60,000 bases of DNA, from assembly GCA_038087875.1 (NCBI GenBank), contig CM075988.1, positions 13,022,001 through 13,082,000 on the forward strand, written 5' to 3'. Shown one piece after another: positions 1 to 11,000 of the stretch (position 1 is its first letter; each line of letters opens with the position of its first letter). Position numbers and translations under genes: made by a program. Source of the DNA: Malacoraja senta (taxonomy: Eukaryota). The notes below the pieces were generated by a model. It saw only the letters and a program-made list of their open reading frames with translations, was not told the DNA's origin and did not search any database.

Positions 1-430
1 GAGCTACTTCCATTGCCTGGGACTCGTTGGGATTTAAACTTTGTCTTTTGCCCGACAGGCACTGACTGTGTTTTCACCAGCCCCAGGTCCACAGTCGCTA
101 TGCTCACCGCTGGCGACTGTACCGGGGTTCAGAGGCGGTTGGTCTCTAATCGCAGACTCCCGACTTTCCCGACTTCTGTCGGCTGTGTCGCTCGCCTCTT
201 CCCCTGTCCGTTTTTTCCATGGCGTCTGTGGAAAAAATCCCCATAGACCCACAGTAAACGGACCTGGAAAACATGAAAAAAGTTTCTACTTACCTTGTAG
301 TTGAAAAACTACAAACCACTGTAGGAGCTCTGCTCCTCACGTCCGTTTGCGTCAAGGCGTCTGACGTAATGACGCACAGGCGCACTGGCGGGGTTCTTCA
401 CGTAGTCACTCACGTGACTCCGAAGTAAAA
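1..430 (-). mobile_element. 5' terminal part of a probable DIRS-type (tyrosine-recombinase) retrotransposon, continuing off the left edge; lies in an intron of the OTOA-like gene
   Basis: CpG-rich block ending abruptly at 430. The minus strand starts TTTTACTTCGGAGTCACGTGAGTGACTACGTGAAG (TTT start, terminal hairpin 404-419), followed by CRE-like TGACG motifs and a low-complexity gag-N-terminus-like frame (ORF 34-252). No RT or YR domain lies inside the window, so the class call rests on my recollection of DIRS termini. Confidence 0.5.
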
Positions 431-732
431 TTCATCATATGTTGCAAAACATACTTGGCTAATAAAGTATGATTATGAAGAAGCAGGGTTTTTTGCCCCC
501 TTGAGCCTGATCTACGTATCACAAAGAGATGATGATCAATCTACCTTTCCTTTGATCTCCCGCATCAGTTGATTCCTTGACTTTCAAAATTATATAAAAC
601 CTTGGGTCTTGAAGATATTCAACAACATCTTTGCTATAATGTTTAGGATTACTTCACCACAATGGTGGTAGTGATTTAATTGCTCAGTTCATTGTCATCT
701 GCTCATGGGCAGTAAGGACACAATAATGTAGA

Positions 733-830
733 GACATCAGTTCTGAAGAAGGGACCTGAAATGATACCTGTCCATGTTCTCCAGGGATGCTGCCTGACCC
801 GCTGAGTTCCTGTTGCACTTTGTGACTTTT
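733..830 (+). mobile_element. Degenerate short Penelope-derived repeat
   Basis: ctgaagaaggg...gatgctgcctgacccgctgagtt, similar to the 3' end of the element at 26402-27862. Confidence 0.6.
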
Positions 831-1276
831 TAAAGACTTCTAAGTCCCATGAGAGAATAAAATAGCACAGAGCTCCTTCGATACAAACTACAATGAAATT
901 CATAGCTGACTTTCTGCTTCATCAGCGTATCTCTGTGCTAGATGGTGCAGTGTTACAAGACCAGTTATAATAGTACAGAACTGAATTACTCGCAAGAATG
1001 GTTCCATGTTCCAGTGTTTCTATACTCTAGAGCATCTGCAGTGGTAAATAAATGAGGAAAGTACAAAAAAAATGGAAAGTGTTTTAAGATTGGTGGAACT
1101 CATTAATTTCATTTGCACATTCACATCACACCAATTAACTTATGTGTTGGATTTATTTATATTTTTAGAATTGCCGAGCGTAGATTTTGCTTAACTGTTT
1201 CCCTTAATGAAAATCATCTGTATCGACCGTGGTAGACAAAAACATACTCACAGATTGTTTTTCTTGTATTCCACAG

Positions 1277-1416
1277 ATCTGCAGCCAGGGATATTGGGAA
1301 CATAAAATGTCTGAAATTAGAGCCACTCACTGCTTTGAAGGTCAAAGCAGTCCAGACGTTTTCCAATATAAAAAGCTGGACTGGAGCACAGCTACAGGAG
1401 ATAGGAGTCGTTGCAG
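1277..1416 (+). CDS. OTOA: Otoancorin-like protein, internal coding exon (SAARDIGNIKCLKLEPLTALKVKAVQTFSNIKSWTGAQLQEIGVVA)
   Basis: Acceptor ttcttgtattccacag|, donor |gtaata, 140 nt, open frame. The WTxxxLQE(L/I)Gxxx motif matches the otoancorin/stereocilin/mesothelin family C-terminal region from memory. May be a paralogue rather than the orthologue. Confidence 0.85.
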
Positions 1417-1889
1417 GTAATAACTATGTCAAAGATGATATGATTTATTATAAAGAAATGGAATGTTTGGCCCAACAGTTCCTTTTCCATATGCTCCACC
1501 CTCTGACAAGTAAATGTTACTGATCCATCCCACACGTCCTCATAGCCATTTTTCTATCTTCCACCTTTCCAGTTTAATCTTCAGTACTGACAGTTCCTGT
1601 CGCTTCCACTAACTATGGACATTAATTCTACGGTCCCGTACCTCTTGTTCACTGGAGCTTCACTTTTGGCCAGGGAGTAATTTCACAGAACTGGCAGGAA
1701 CGATTAAGCTTCAAGCACTCCAGTAAAAAGTTAGCGGGGGAATTAGTCAATAGATAGCTTCCCTACCTCACAAAACAAGTGACCCATCATTCTATGAACT
1801 GTAAAAGTGGGTAAGCTACAGCACTGCAAATGCTGGAAGTAATTTAATTATCAGATCATGAGCAAACCTTGTTCCTATTCTCTTCGTAG

Positions 1890-1987
1890 CTGGGTTGACT
1901 GCAGAAGAAGTACCCGAGCTGAGCACAGCTGCTGTTTCGTTCCTGACACCAGATGCTGTCTCCTACTTCCCACCTAACGTTTTTTCG
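1890..1987 (+). CDS. OTOA: Otoancorin-like protein, internal coding exon (AGLTAEEVPELSTAAVSFLTPDAVSYFPPNVFS)
   Basis: Acceptor ttcctattctcttcgtag|, phase 1 in and phase 0 out at non-canonical |GCAAGT. The 32 full codons are colinear with the GLT...P..IF segment of otoancorin as I recall it. Confidence 0.85.
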
Positions 1988-3087
1988 GCAAGTATCTTCA
2001 TCATATCCTTTCTAAGGGAAACAGGATAATTGAAAAATCTAAACAAATAGGAAGTGTGTGAAAATGTGACTCTCTCTAAACAAGGTTGAGAAACACTTTC
2101 CTTTTAGTGCGCTTTGAAACACATTGGGATCTATTTTATGGGACTGACTGGCTGCTTAGTCGACCATTGAGTAGGGACCCGACCATTTCAAGATCTTGGC
2201 CTTGATGAAATCACGGAGTTGAGTTGTGGAGCAGCAAGTGGGCATCCTGGACAACTCAATGTTTGAGGCCTCAAGACAGTCCGGGACAACCACATGAAAG
2301 TGAACTTGTGAGGGAAGGAGTTACAAATTGTGTGATTTATTTTCTTTTGTTGGGGTTCCTTGGTTCCATTGACCAGGAAAATACCGATGGCCCTCATTTT
2401 GTCAATTCTAATCCGTTACCATCTAAAAATGGCATTCAAGATACCATTTACCTCTTAAAATGGAATGGCAGAAACCAATAAATGTAGTAAGATTAACAGG
2501 TCACCATTTCACAAATGCACAATTTTTACCTTTGCTGAAGTGAAATTTCTCTCCTTTTATTTATAAATAGAAGTATTCTCAGAGATGGTGTTGCCTGCCA
2601 TTTTTTTGTGTATTATGATATAGGGGACCTCTTGATTCACCACCCACTCCACCAACTGTACAGCCATTGATCCACACCTCTCCCCAAAGAACCAAGGTAG
2701 TGCTGTTGCAATGAAGAAAAAAATGCATAGGGCTGTAATGAAGAAACATGCAGTCAATCCTTTCCTCTAGGTGTTTTTCCATATGTTCCACCAAAATTAA
2801 TAAAATAAATCAGGTGCAGGAAATCTATCTCACTGGTTTTTCCTTTGGTTGGCAATGACAGAGGTACCCAGGCTTTTCCACAAACTAACAGTAACTGAAA
2901 CTCTCCTACTTAGGTTAGATATAGGTCAAGGTACTGTTCAAGCTTGCATTTTGCTATAGTAATATTTTGCAAGTTTATTACAAATGGGGACAGATTAATC
3001 CAAAATTGTCTTTACCAACTCAATTATAGATTAAAAAATGTTGCTCTGATTTTACTGACGGAAATGTCTGTTCTCCCATCAACCCAG

Positions 3088-3229
3088 GCTATGTCTTCAG
3101 AGCAGTTGAGGAACTTGGGGCCAGAAAACTATGGTGCTGTAACTAAAGCACAGAAAGCAGCATTGTCAGTGATGCAGTTGAATGCCTTGAATGAAAATAT
3201 TGGAAGCACACGAACCACGAGTGGTGCAG
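3088..3229 (+). CDS. OTOA: Otoancorin-like protein, penultimate coding exon (AMSSEQLRNLGPENYGAVTKAQKAALSVMQLNALNENIGSTRTTSGA)
   Basis: Acceptor ttctcccatcaacccag|, donor |gtgagc. The LGPEN..AVT.AQ...LS..QL..L motif is characteristic of otoancorin. Lies within ORF 2944-3246. Confidence 0.9.
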
Positions 3230-3428
3230 GTGAGCAGTGCAATTAGAATTGTCTCAATGTTTAGAAAGAGTTTTTTTATTTGCAAGGAGCAGAGTTTGAT
3301 TATAAACCCCAATCGGCCTCTGCCCATAATTGGGCTTTTCTGAACAGCACAGCAATGAAATTATGGACTGAACTTGCGTTACTTCTAAAATGAGATGGAA
3401 AAAAAGCGAGCATTCCAACCCTACATTA

Positions 3429-3752
3429 TTTAGTTTAGTTCAGTTTAGAGATACAGCGCGGAAACTGACCCTTCAACGCACCAAGACTGCACCGACCAGT
3501 GATCCCCGTACACTAGCATTATCCTACACACACTAGAGACAATTTTCAATTGATAGAAGCCATTTAGCCTACAAACCTGTACGTCTTTGGAGTGTGGAAG
3601 AAAACCGGAGCTCCCAGAGAAAACCCACGCAGGTCATGGGAGAACGTGCAAACTCCATACAGGCAAGCACTCATAGTCAGGAGTAAATCCAGGTCTCTGG
3701 CACTGTAAGGCAGCAACTCTACCGCTGTGCCACCATGCCGCCACCGTGCTGG
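3429..3752 (-). mobile_element. tRNA-derived SINE (HE1/V-SINE-like)
   Basis: tRNA-like head with A/B boxes on the minus strand, a body shared with many copies in the window, and a (TAAAC)n tail. Confidence 0.85.
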
Positions 3753-5394
3753 CCACTGTTAAGCAATGTTACAATACTCCAAGAGCCTTGCCTGACTAAT
3801 AGTCCATTCTCTTTGCAGCTGTGCCTTTCAGTATAGATTTATGCATTTGTATTTCTTGACAGTTGCTTGTAAATATTGCAGAGTACTAGGATGCTGCAGC
3901 TAAGTAGCCATGTTTAAAGAGCTGTCTCTAAATATCAAAACCTTTAAGTGACTGAGAATGTAAATGGGCAGGATAGATTTAAGTTAAAAGCTAGCATAAG
4001 GTAACACTTTGCTCGCCGTGCATTTTGATATCCATGCAGTTCTGGTGGACACTCTGGCCATTATGATCGTTAAACCTTCATTAAAATGAATGACTAAAAA
4101 CTTCAAGTTATGAATGTTTCATTAAATAAGAGACAGATTTTTAAAGCTGCACATGCTCTTTAAGGCACTTTGAAGTCTAAGTATTCCTTTGAGTGTGTCA
4201 GATGCCCTTAGTCAGAACATATTAATGCACGTTTTCTAGACTTCAGTCATCAAGCTCCAGTTGAGGGAAGACGCTTATGAAGCTAATGTTTGGAAGGCAA
4301 GCTGCAAGTTGTTATTGACTGTCGTACAGAGATCCAAACAATTTACAGGCCAGTCCTTTATGTGTGAAATGTGCATTGTAGCGATGCCCCTTGAAAAGCA
4401 GAGACAGACTTTGCTTCAACCTGTTTCTTTTTTGAAAATATGCATAGCTGGAGATGGGATTTCAATCATTGAATTGCCACCTCTTCCCATGCATCTAATG
4501 TGATCTGATTGCAATTGAAAGAAAGAGACAAGGCAAGGGCAACGTACTTATTTCACCCATTACTTAGACATCATTAAAGGAATGCACATGCACATCAGAA
4601 CTGAGCTCAGCGCATGTAAGAAAAGAAAAGCCTTTTTTTGATGTTCAGCCGTTTTTGTAGTATGAAATAACAACTAAATTATGTTGATATTTTATAACAA
4701 AACTTTTCATTTTGTAAATTGCATTGCTGTTTTTAAATTCAAAACGGCTTCATCCGTAATATATATTTAATACAATTATTAATACATTTTTTATATTCAT
4801 CCATTCTCTAACAATGTGTCAATGCCACTCATGTTCCCATCTTAAAACACCATGAAGATTTTGAGGGGTTTTACACAAGGCCCGGCCATCAGTTTACAGT
4901 GGCTGCAAGTCTCTCCCTTTTGATCCTTCCCCACAGAGCCTTTGCAAAAGTCACTCCATGTATCAATACATTCCCCGCCACATACTCCCCCACCTTGGCA
5001 TTGTTAAAATGTAAACCATTAAGTAAACCGACACAAATTAAAGCTTTATTCTTCTAAGGTAGCCATGTCCCAACCTGCTTGTCCTCTCTGCTCATTTTAC
5101 AGTAAAGGTTGATAAATGATTGCAGAATATACATAATTGCTTTGGAATTTGTGCCCAATTGGCATTGCTAAACCATTATATGATTGCAGCAGGGCTTGGC
5201 ACCGTGTCCAAAATGTACATCTTTTGAGCTCAATGGAACTGAATTTTGGAACGGGACTCTGAATGCTGTCAGCGGCAGGCAACATGCCCATTGCTACAGT
5301 ACCAACCATGCAATAATTTCCATGCAAAGCTATTTTTAGAATTGGAGTTATTAATACCTTGTTTTTTCCCCCAAAAAATATGTGCATAGCGATG

Positions 5395-5571
5395 TGTAGC
5401 AAAGAATTGCAGATGCTGGTTTAAACCAAAGATAGACACAAAATGCTGGAGTAAATCAGCGGGACAGGCAGCATCTCTGGAGAGAAGGAATGGGTGACGT
5501 TTCGGGTCGAGACCGTTCTTCAGACTGATGTCAGGGGAGGGGCGGTACAGAGATAGAATGTAGTCAGAAAG
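5395..5571 (-). mobile_element. Short Penelope-derived repeat with hammerhead-like motif
   Basis: Same family as 27730-27862. Flanked by the direct repeat TGTGCATAG(C/A)GATG (5381-5394, 5572-5585). Confidence 0.8.
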
Positions 5572-6062
5572 TGTGCATAGAGATGCTGCTCTGCATTTCC
5601 ATTGTTTTTTAGACTCTTATGTTTTCAGGTGACATTGCTAGTGTCATTTTATTTCAGAGCTACTTTTGCCGTGTAAATCTCATCCACAATCTCCACATCG
5701 AGCAGTAAATGCACTTCTGACAAGTGTTAATATCACAAATGCGGCAAATACCAAAAACATAAATTAGACACTCACATTGCAATGCTTGTCCACAAGATTA
5801 ATGTGCTCTTCATAATGATTTTACTTGTATAAAGCCATTTACCTTTCCTTGTTTATTTTTAAATTAATATCCCAGTTAGCTGAATGGAAACAGATTGTGG
5901 TGGTATCAGGCAGGGTAATAAAGTCAGTCACCTTATTTGCAACAAAATGGAAATTGATTAGTCTGGTTTATTCTGCAAATATTAAGTATTAAAATGTTAT
6001 TACAGACAAGCCCACGCTTTTCCTTCAAACTTAATGCTCTGGTTTTTTTTGTTTCCAATCAG

Positions 6063-6133
6063 GCACTATTTACTGGAATCCTGTGATCATGTTGACCCTT
6101 CTGGTTCTCAGCTTGACCGTGGCACTCCATTAA
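6063..6133 (+). CDS. OTOA: Otoancorin-like protein, last coding exon encoding the GPI-anchor signal (GTIYWNPVIMLTLLVLSLTVALH*)
   Basis: Strong acceptor ggttttttttgtttccaatcag|, phase 1 compatible with 3229. Small residues (TSGAG), a spacer, then a hydrophobic tail and TAA at 6131-6133. Confidence 0.85.
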
Positions 6134-6490
6134 CTTGTGAATTGAAGAACTGGAAAAGTTTCAGTTGCTCGGCAAAGCATGAAGAAAAACAACACATACA
6201 ATCACCCATTGAAATTTCAGGTTAAATTTACAAACTGCGAGATAATTGGATCACCTTGAAAAATGTTGCCGGGCAAGAGATGGAATTTCTCCCGTAATCT
6301 ACCAAAAATGAACATATTGAATAACACAACCTGTGAGCAACACCAAATTAATTCTAAACCGCTCTGCTCGAACCTTGCAAGAAATGAAAACTATTGAAGG
6401 GAAATGGTGCATTCTAGTTAATGCATTCAACATGCGATATGCAGGATATTTTGTATTTGCAGCAAGTGCATTATAATCAGTGGATATTAA

Positions 6491-6496
6491 AATAAA
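6491..6496 (+). terminator. Candidate polyadenylation signal of the OTOA-like gene
   Basis: AATAAA about 360 nt downstream of the stop codon, with T/GT-rich sequence further downstream. Confidence 0.45.
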
Positions 6497-6821
6497 AACA
6501 TAGGAATGGAACCACCCAAAGTTCATGGTCATTGTTGGACAGAGTGCATTATCTAAATAGGAAATTAATGCCATTTAATCCGGGTGAATTCCTCAACTAA
6601 TTTTTATTGCCTGAAGGATTTGAATAACCATTTCTTTCACCCTTGTGTTTTTTTCCACTAAATGGCTGGATGTTTTTATTCTCTCTGTTTGGTTTTGTTT
6701 TCAAGAGAGAACACAACACTGTTGTGCTGGGACAGGGATAAAGTTGTGTATGCTGGGGGAAAGAGGGTGGGTGTGGCTGATGGGGGAAACACTGATGTCT
6801 AATCAGAATGTCTAATCTATA

Positions 6822-6917
6822 ATAGACACAAGATGCTGGAGTAACTCAGCGGGACAGGCAGCATCTCTGGAGAGAGGGAATGGGTGACGTGTCGAGACCA
6901 TTCTCGATCTGCCGCCT
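6822..6917 (-). mobile_element. Short Penelope-derived repeat
   Basis: Family core gatgctggagtaactcagcgggacaggcagcatc. Perfect 14-bp flanking direct repeat ATGTCTAATCTATA (6808-6821, 6918-6931). Confidence 0.8.
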
Positions 6918-8828
6918 ATGTCTAATCTATAGATCGTGCATCTAGAGAAAGCTTGATAGATCACCTGTCCAATGTTACCCTGAATTTTGCAACAATCTAA
7001 AACTATCAGAATGTATTTTTAATGTTTGTTTTATATGAGGTTAGCCTGTGTATGCATGTATGGTGAAGACGGATTTTCTCCATTGATTAAATGAAAATAA
7101 ATCTGACCCTTATGAAGCTTGGATTGCGTGATTCAGATAAAAGTTGAACATGTTATTTAGCATTGTTTGATAGGCTGACGGGGAAGTAAATGTAGATTTA
7201 GTAATTTTAGTTCTTCACTCTACCTGCCTACCAAAGAGGTCCAGTCTCACCACTGGCTATGCCACCTGTGTGCCATTTATTCCACTTTAATGTCTAGAGC
7301 ATTCTCAACGGAATAGAATGTATCATCTATCCTGTGCAGTCTAGCAAGTCCTGTTGCCACGTATGGTGAATTTGTATAATGGCATGCTATCTGGTATTTG
7401 GCACATATTAGCCTAATTTAAATAGCTGGTGAAAATCTTTATCAAAATACCAGACAAAGGATTGATATATAAAACATTTGATTTTCAGCCAGTCATCCAG
7501 CCACTAAAAAATTCAACCACCATTATGTTGCTAAATAATGAAAATCCAGGTAAATGCTTATAATGTTAATTATAATGCAAAATGACAACATTGATAAGAG
7601 CAGATTGCACCAGGATAATCTTTTCTTAAAACAATGTAGACTGTGCTTTCAATGTAGGTTTAGGTAAGGAGCACAATTCACAAGTGGTGACTCCTAAGGG
7701 CTAAATAAATTTGTATATTAATTTTCACTCGTGTGTGTGTTTGCAGAACGTGTTTTATGCCTAGACAGAGGACGTTATTTTTTAAATGGCCTGAATGAAA
7801 TGTTTATTTAGTTTGATATTTGTGTATATAAATGACCAAAGGCCTAGTGTCTGCTCAATAATGGATTCTTGTTTAAACCTTCAGTCTAAGGAAGTAATTG
7901 TTTACCTTAACCTTTGAAGTGGAGCTACTTTTGGCCTTTTGTCGGCTTAATGCTTATAGATAAAAATAATTTCAAAAAGACAGGAAAATATTGAATTGGA
8001 TTTTTCCAGGTCATATATTTTGTGACATCAGGAAAGTATTCAAGCATAATCACTGAAGACTATTGGCTACTTTCATCAGTAATAGTGATTAGAAAGTGAA
8101 TGTCTAAATACAGCATTTGGCCTTAACAAACTTTGTATCAAATGCTTGTCGTTCATCTGAGTGGATTGGATATACTTATTTATGTTGATAAATGTTGATT
8201 AATTCAGAGGCAAGTTAAATCATATAAAATATTAAGAAAAAAAACGATCAGACAAATCTTAACCAGAAAATATTTAAACATGACCATATTATTTCATATA
8301 CTTAAGCAGAAGTTCTTTATTGTATATGTGCCACTCCTTTGTCATAGTATTGTTTAATAACAGTAATTGGGATAACAAAGTCTGTTGAACAAATTATGAG
8401 ATATTATTGCATAAAATCTTTTCAACTCTTAATTTCATGGGCCACGCACATTGCTTAATGTTTTTATTCAATTGTGATCAAAAGTACATTTGTGTCTTCT
8501 AAAAAATAAAGATTTGGACATGAAGATTATAATTATCCTCTGCTGTAATTATTGCTGGTATAACAGTTATTCAATTTGCTTGCTAAATCAATACTGAAGT
8601 GACTGTTGATGAATTAGTTCCTCATGACCTTGTTGCTTTGCTGTTTGTTCATTATTTGCAGGTTTTCTAATTGTCATCCAATTGATTTTGTTTTTTATTG
8701 GATTCTCAGGAGATCAAAGTTGTGTTCTTGTAAACTTTCAGCCATAATAAAGGCAAGTGGTCAGAAGCGCAATTGTGAGATGCCAAGGAAGAATTGCGTT
8801 GAAGTTTTGGTAGAATTTGAATGGCTCT

Positions 8829-9125
8829 GGACGGCACAGTGGCGCAGTGGTGGAGTTGCTGCCTGGCAGCACCAGAGACCCGGGTTCAATCCTGACCTCT
8901 GGTGCTGTCTGTGTGGAGTTTACACGTTCTCCATGTGAGCGCATGGTTTTCCTCTGGGTGCTCCAGTTTCCCCCCCCCTGTGGGTTTGGAGGTTAATTGG
9001 CCCTCTGTAAGTTGCACCCTAGGATGTAGGATAGAACTAGTGTATGAGCGATCACTGGTCGACATGGACTTGGAGGGCCGAAGGGCCTGTTTCCACGCTG
9101 TATCTCGAACTAAACTAAACTAAAC
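8829..9125 (+). mobile_element. tRNA-derived SINE (HE1/V-SINE-like)
   Basis: A box tggcgcagtgg, B box ggttcaatcc, CR1-like 3' end, (TAAAC)n tail. Confidence 0.85.
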
Positions 9126-9786
9126 TCTGTGCTGGTTAAAAGATTTGGAAGGAGCTGTTGACCTTAAAATGATAGCCTCCTTTTATATATTTTATCTTTC
9201 ACTTAAGTTGTTGTTGACAATGTGAGCATATGAGTGGGAAGGTATTGTCAAGAATAAATCATGAATATGAATTAGTAGAATGTGTGGGAGTAGTGTGTTT
9301 TGTATCTGAACATTAGCATGAATTACACAGAGGTTAGGTGAATACAGTCAGAGTATAAGAGAACATAATTATGAATAATTTAAAAGGGAGAGTGAACCAT
9401 TACAAATGGATAAAAGAGAAATTTTAGCAGCTGGGACTACAAGCAAGTGATGGCCACCTGTGGCTTTTCAAATGAGACTAGCAGATAAATCGGGTACCTT
9501 CTTTGTTGCTGTATGCTTTATCTGCTTTCTTGCACTTTAGATAAAGAAAAAAATGCTTAAGAGTAAAGCTTGTTATGGAAAATGAAACCACATTTCTTGC
9601 AAATCAAAGAAACCGCAGATGCTGGAAATTTGAAAAACAATCCTAAGGAAATCTCTCCACAGGTCAGGCAGCATGTGTGGAAAGCAAACATAGAACAGTG
9701 CAGCACAGGATGTAAGTAACAGTTAATGTTTCAAGCAGAGGAACTTTCAGAACTTTGGAGGAGAGAAAATAACATTTTGTATAGTT

Positions 9787-9915
9787 TAGGAAAGAACTGC
9801 AGATGCTGGTTTAAATTGAAGGTAGACTCTAAATGCTGGAGTAACTCAGCGGGACAGGCAGCATCTCTGGAGAGAAGGAATGGGTGACGTTTCGGGTCGA
9901 GACCCTTCTTCAGAC
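9787..9915 (-). mobile_element. Short Penelope-derived repeat with an intact minimal hammerhead ribozyme core
   Basis: The minus strand reads CTGAAGA-A-GGGT-CTCG-ACCC-GAAACGTC at 9886-9913. Confidence 0.8.
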
Positions 9916-9932
9916 ATTTAGTGACTACCTTC

Positions 9933-10245
9933 AGTTTAGTTTAGATTATTTAAGAGATACAGCGCAGAAACAGGTCCTTCGGCCCACCGAGTCCGCACCG
10001 AGCGATTCCCACACATTAACACTATCCTACACACACTAGGAACAATTTACACTTATACCAAGCCAATTAACCTACAAACCTGTACGTCTTTGGAGTGTGG
10101 GAGGAAACCGAAAATCTCAGAGAAAACCCACATGGTCATGGGGTGGGATATGTACTCCATAAAGACAGCACCCGTAGTCGGGATCGAACCCGGGTCTCCA
10201 GTGCTGCAAGCGCTGTAAGGCAACAACTCTACCGCTGTGCCACCC
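9933..10245 (-). mobile_element. tRNA-derived SINE (HE1/V-SINE-like)
   Basis: Near full-length copy with B box ggttcgatccc on the minus strand and a (TAAAC)n tail. Confidence 0.85.
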
Positions 10246-10739
10246 AAACGGCATGATGCGCAAACCTATGGAAGGTAGGGTCTACAAGAATGTGGAAGAC
10301 AAGAAAGATTGTGACAACAAATTTACTGAGCAACAAAGGGTAGCATTGGAAAAAGTATAAATAGGAGAATGCACATAAATGTGAAATTACCAGCAGAAGT
10401 GAGAAGGGGGAAGGAATTCTGTAATAATAATGGTGAGGCAAGAGACATGAACAGCCTCACAGAGGCCTTTTAATTTCTGATCCTCTGAATTCCTCAGCTT
10501 TCCTAACAGCTGTGTACTTCAGCAATAATAACACCATGGTGTTTGGCTTCATTGTCCATCTCTTTGCTGTCTCTTTCACAGAGCCTTATACTCCTTCATA
10601 TAAAGTATCAGAGTAATCGCAAGTTTCATCCTGTGTTGGTTATTGATGTACCACCTGCTAAAAATCCTTAAATCATTTGCAGACATCGTTGTCTGTATTC
10701 TTTGGTTATAAAACAGAAATTGGAGTAAAATATTTTTCT

Positions 10740-11000
10740 AGAACATTAAACAGTATAGCGCAGGGACAGGCACTTCTGCTCACAATGTCTATGCAGAACA
10801 TGATGCCAATTTTTACTCATCCCTTCCTGTTGCTCGATCCATATCCCTCCATTCCCTGCATACCCACGTGCTTATCTGAACGTCTCTTAAATTTTACTAT
10901 TTTCTCTGCTTCCACCACCTCACCTGGTAGCCCGTTCCATGCATTTACCACTCTCTCCATTAAAGATACGTCCCGCAAATTACCTTCTAAATTTACCTCA
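10740..11000 (-). mobile_element. CR1 LINE 3' fragment
   Basis: Translation RVVNAWNGLPGEVVEAE...FKRR.D.H...GMEGYG matches the C-terminus of the ORF at 15616-16914. Confidence 0.8.

Noticed and set aside
1992..1997. Canonical GT donor (GTATCT) for the second visible OTOA-like exon
   Set aside because: Gives phase 1, incompatible with the phase-0 acceptor at 3088, and is a poor consensus match.
3857..3889. TGA read-through or selenocysteine extending the alternative exon to a longer hydrophobic tail (QLLVNIAEY)
   Set aside because: No SECIS-like structure recognised, and a better GPI-signal exon exists at 6063-6133.
6034..6225. 63-aa ORF from the track
   Set aside because: Different frame from the spliced GPI-signal exon; begins in the intron's pyrimidine tract.
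8829..8900. tRNA genes (also at 20901, 10170-10245 and others)
   Set aside because: The A/B boxes are SINE heads continuing into SINE body and tail; no complete cloverleaf.
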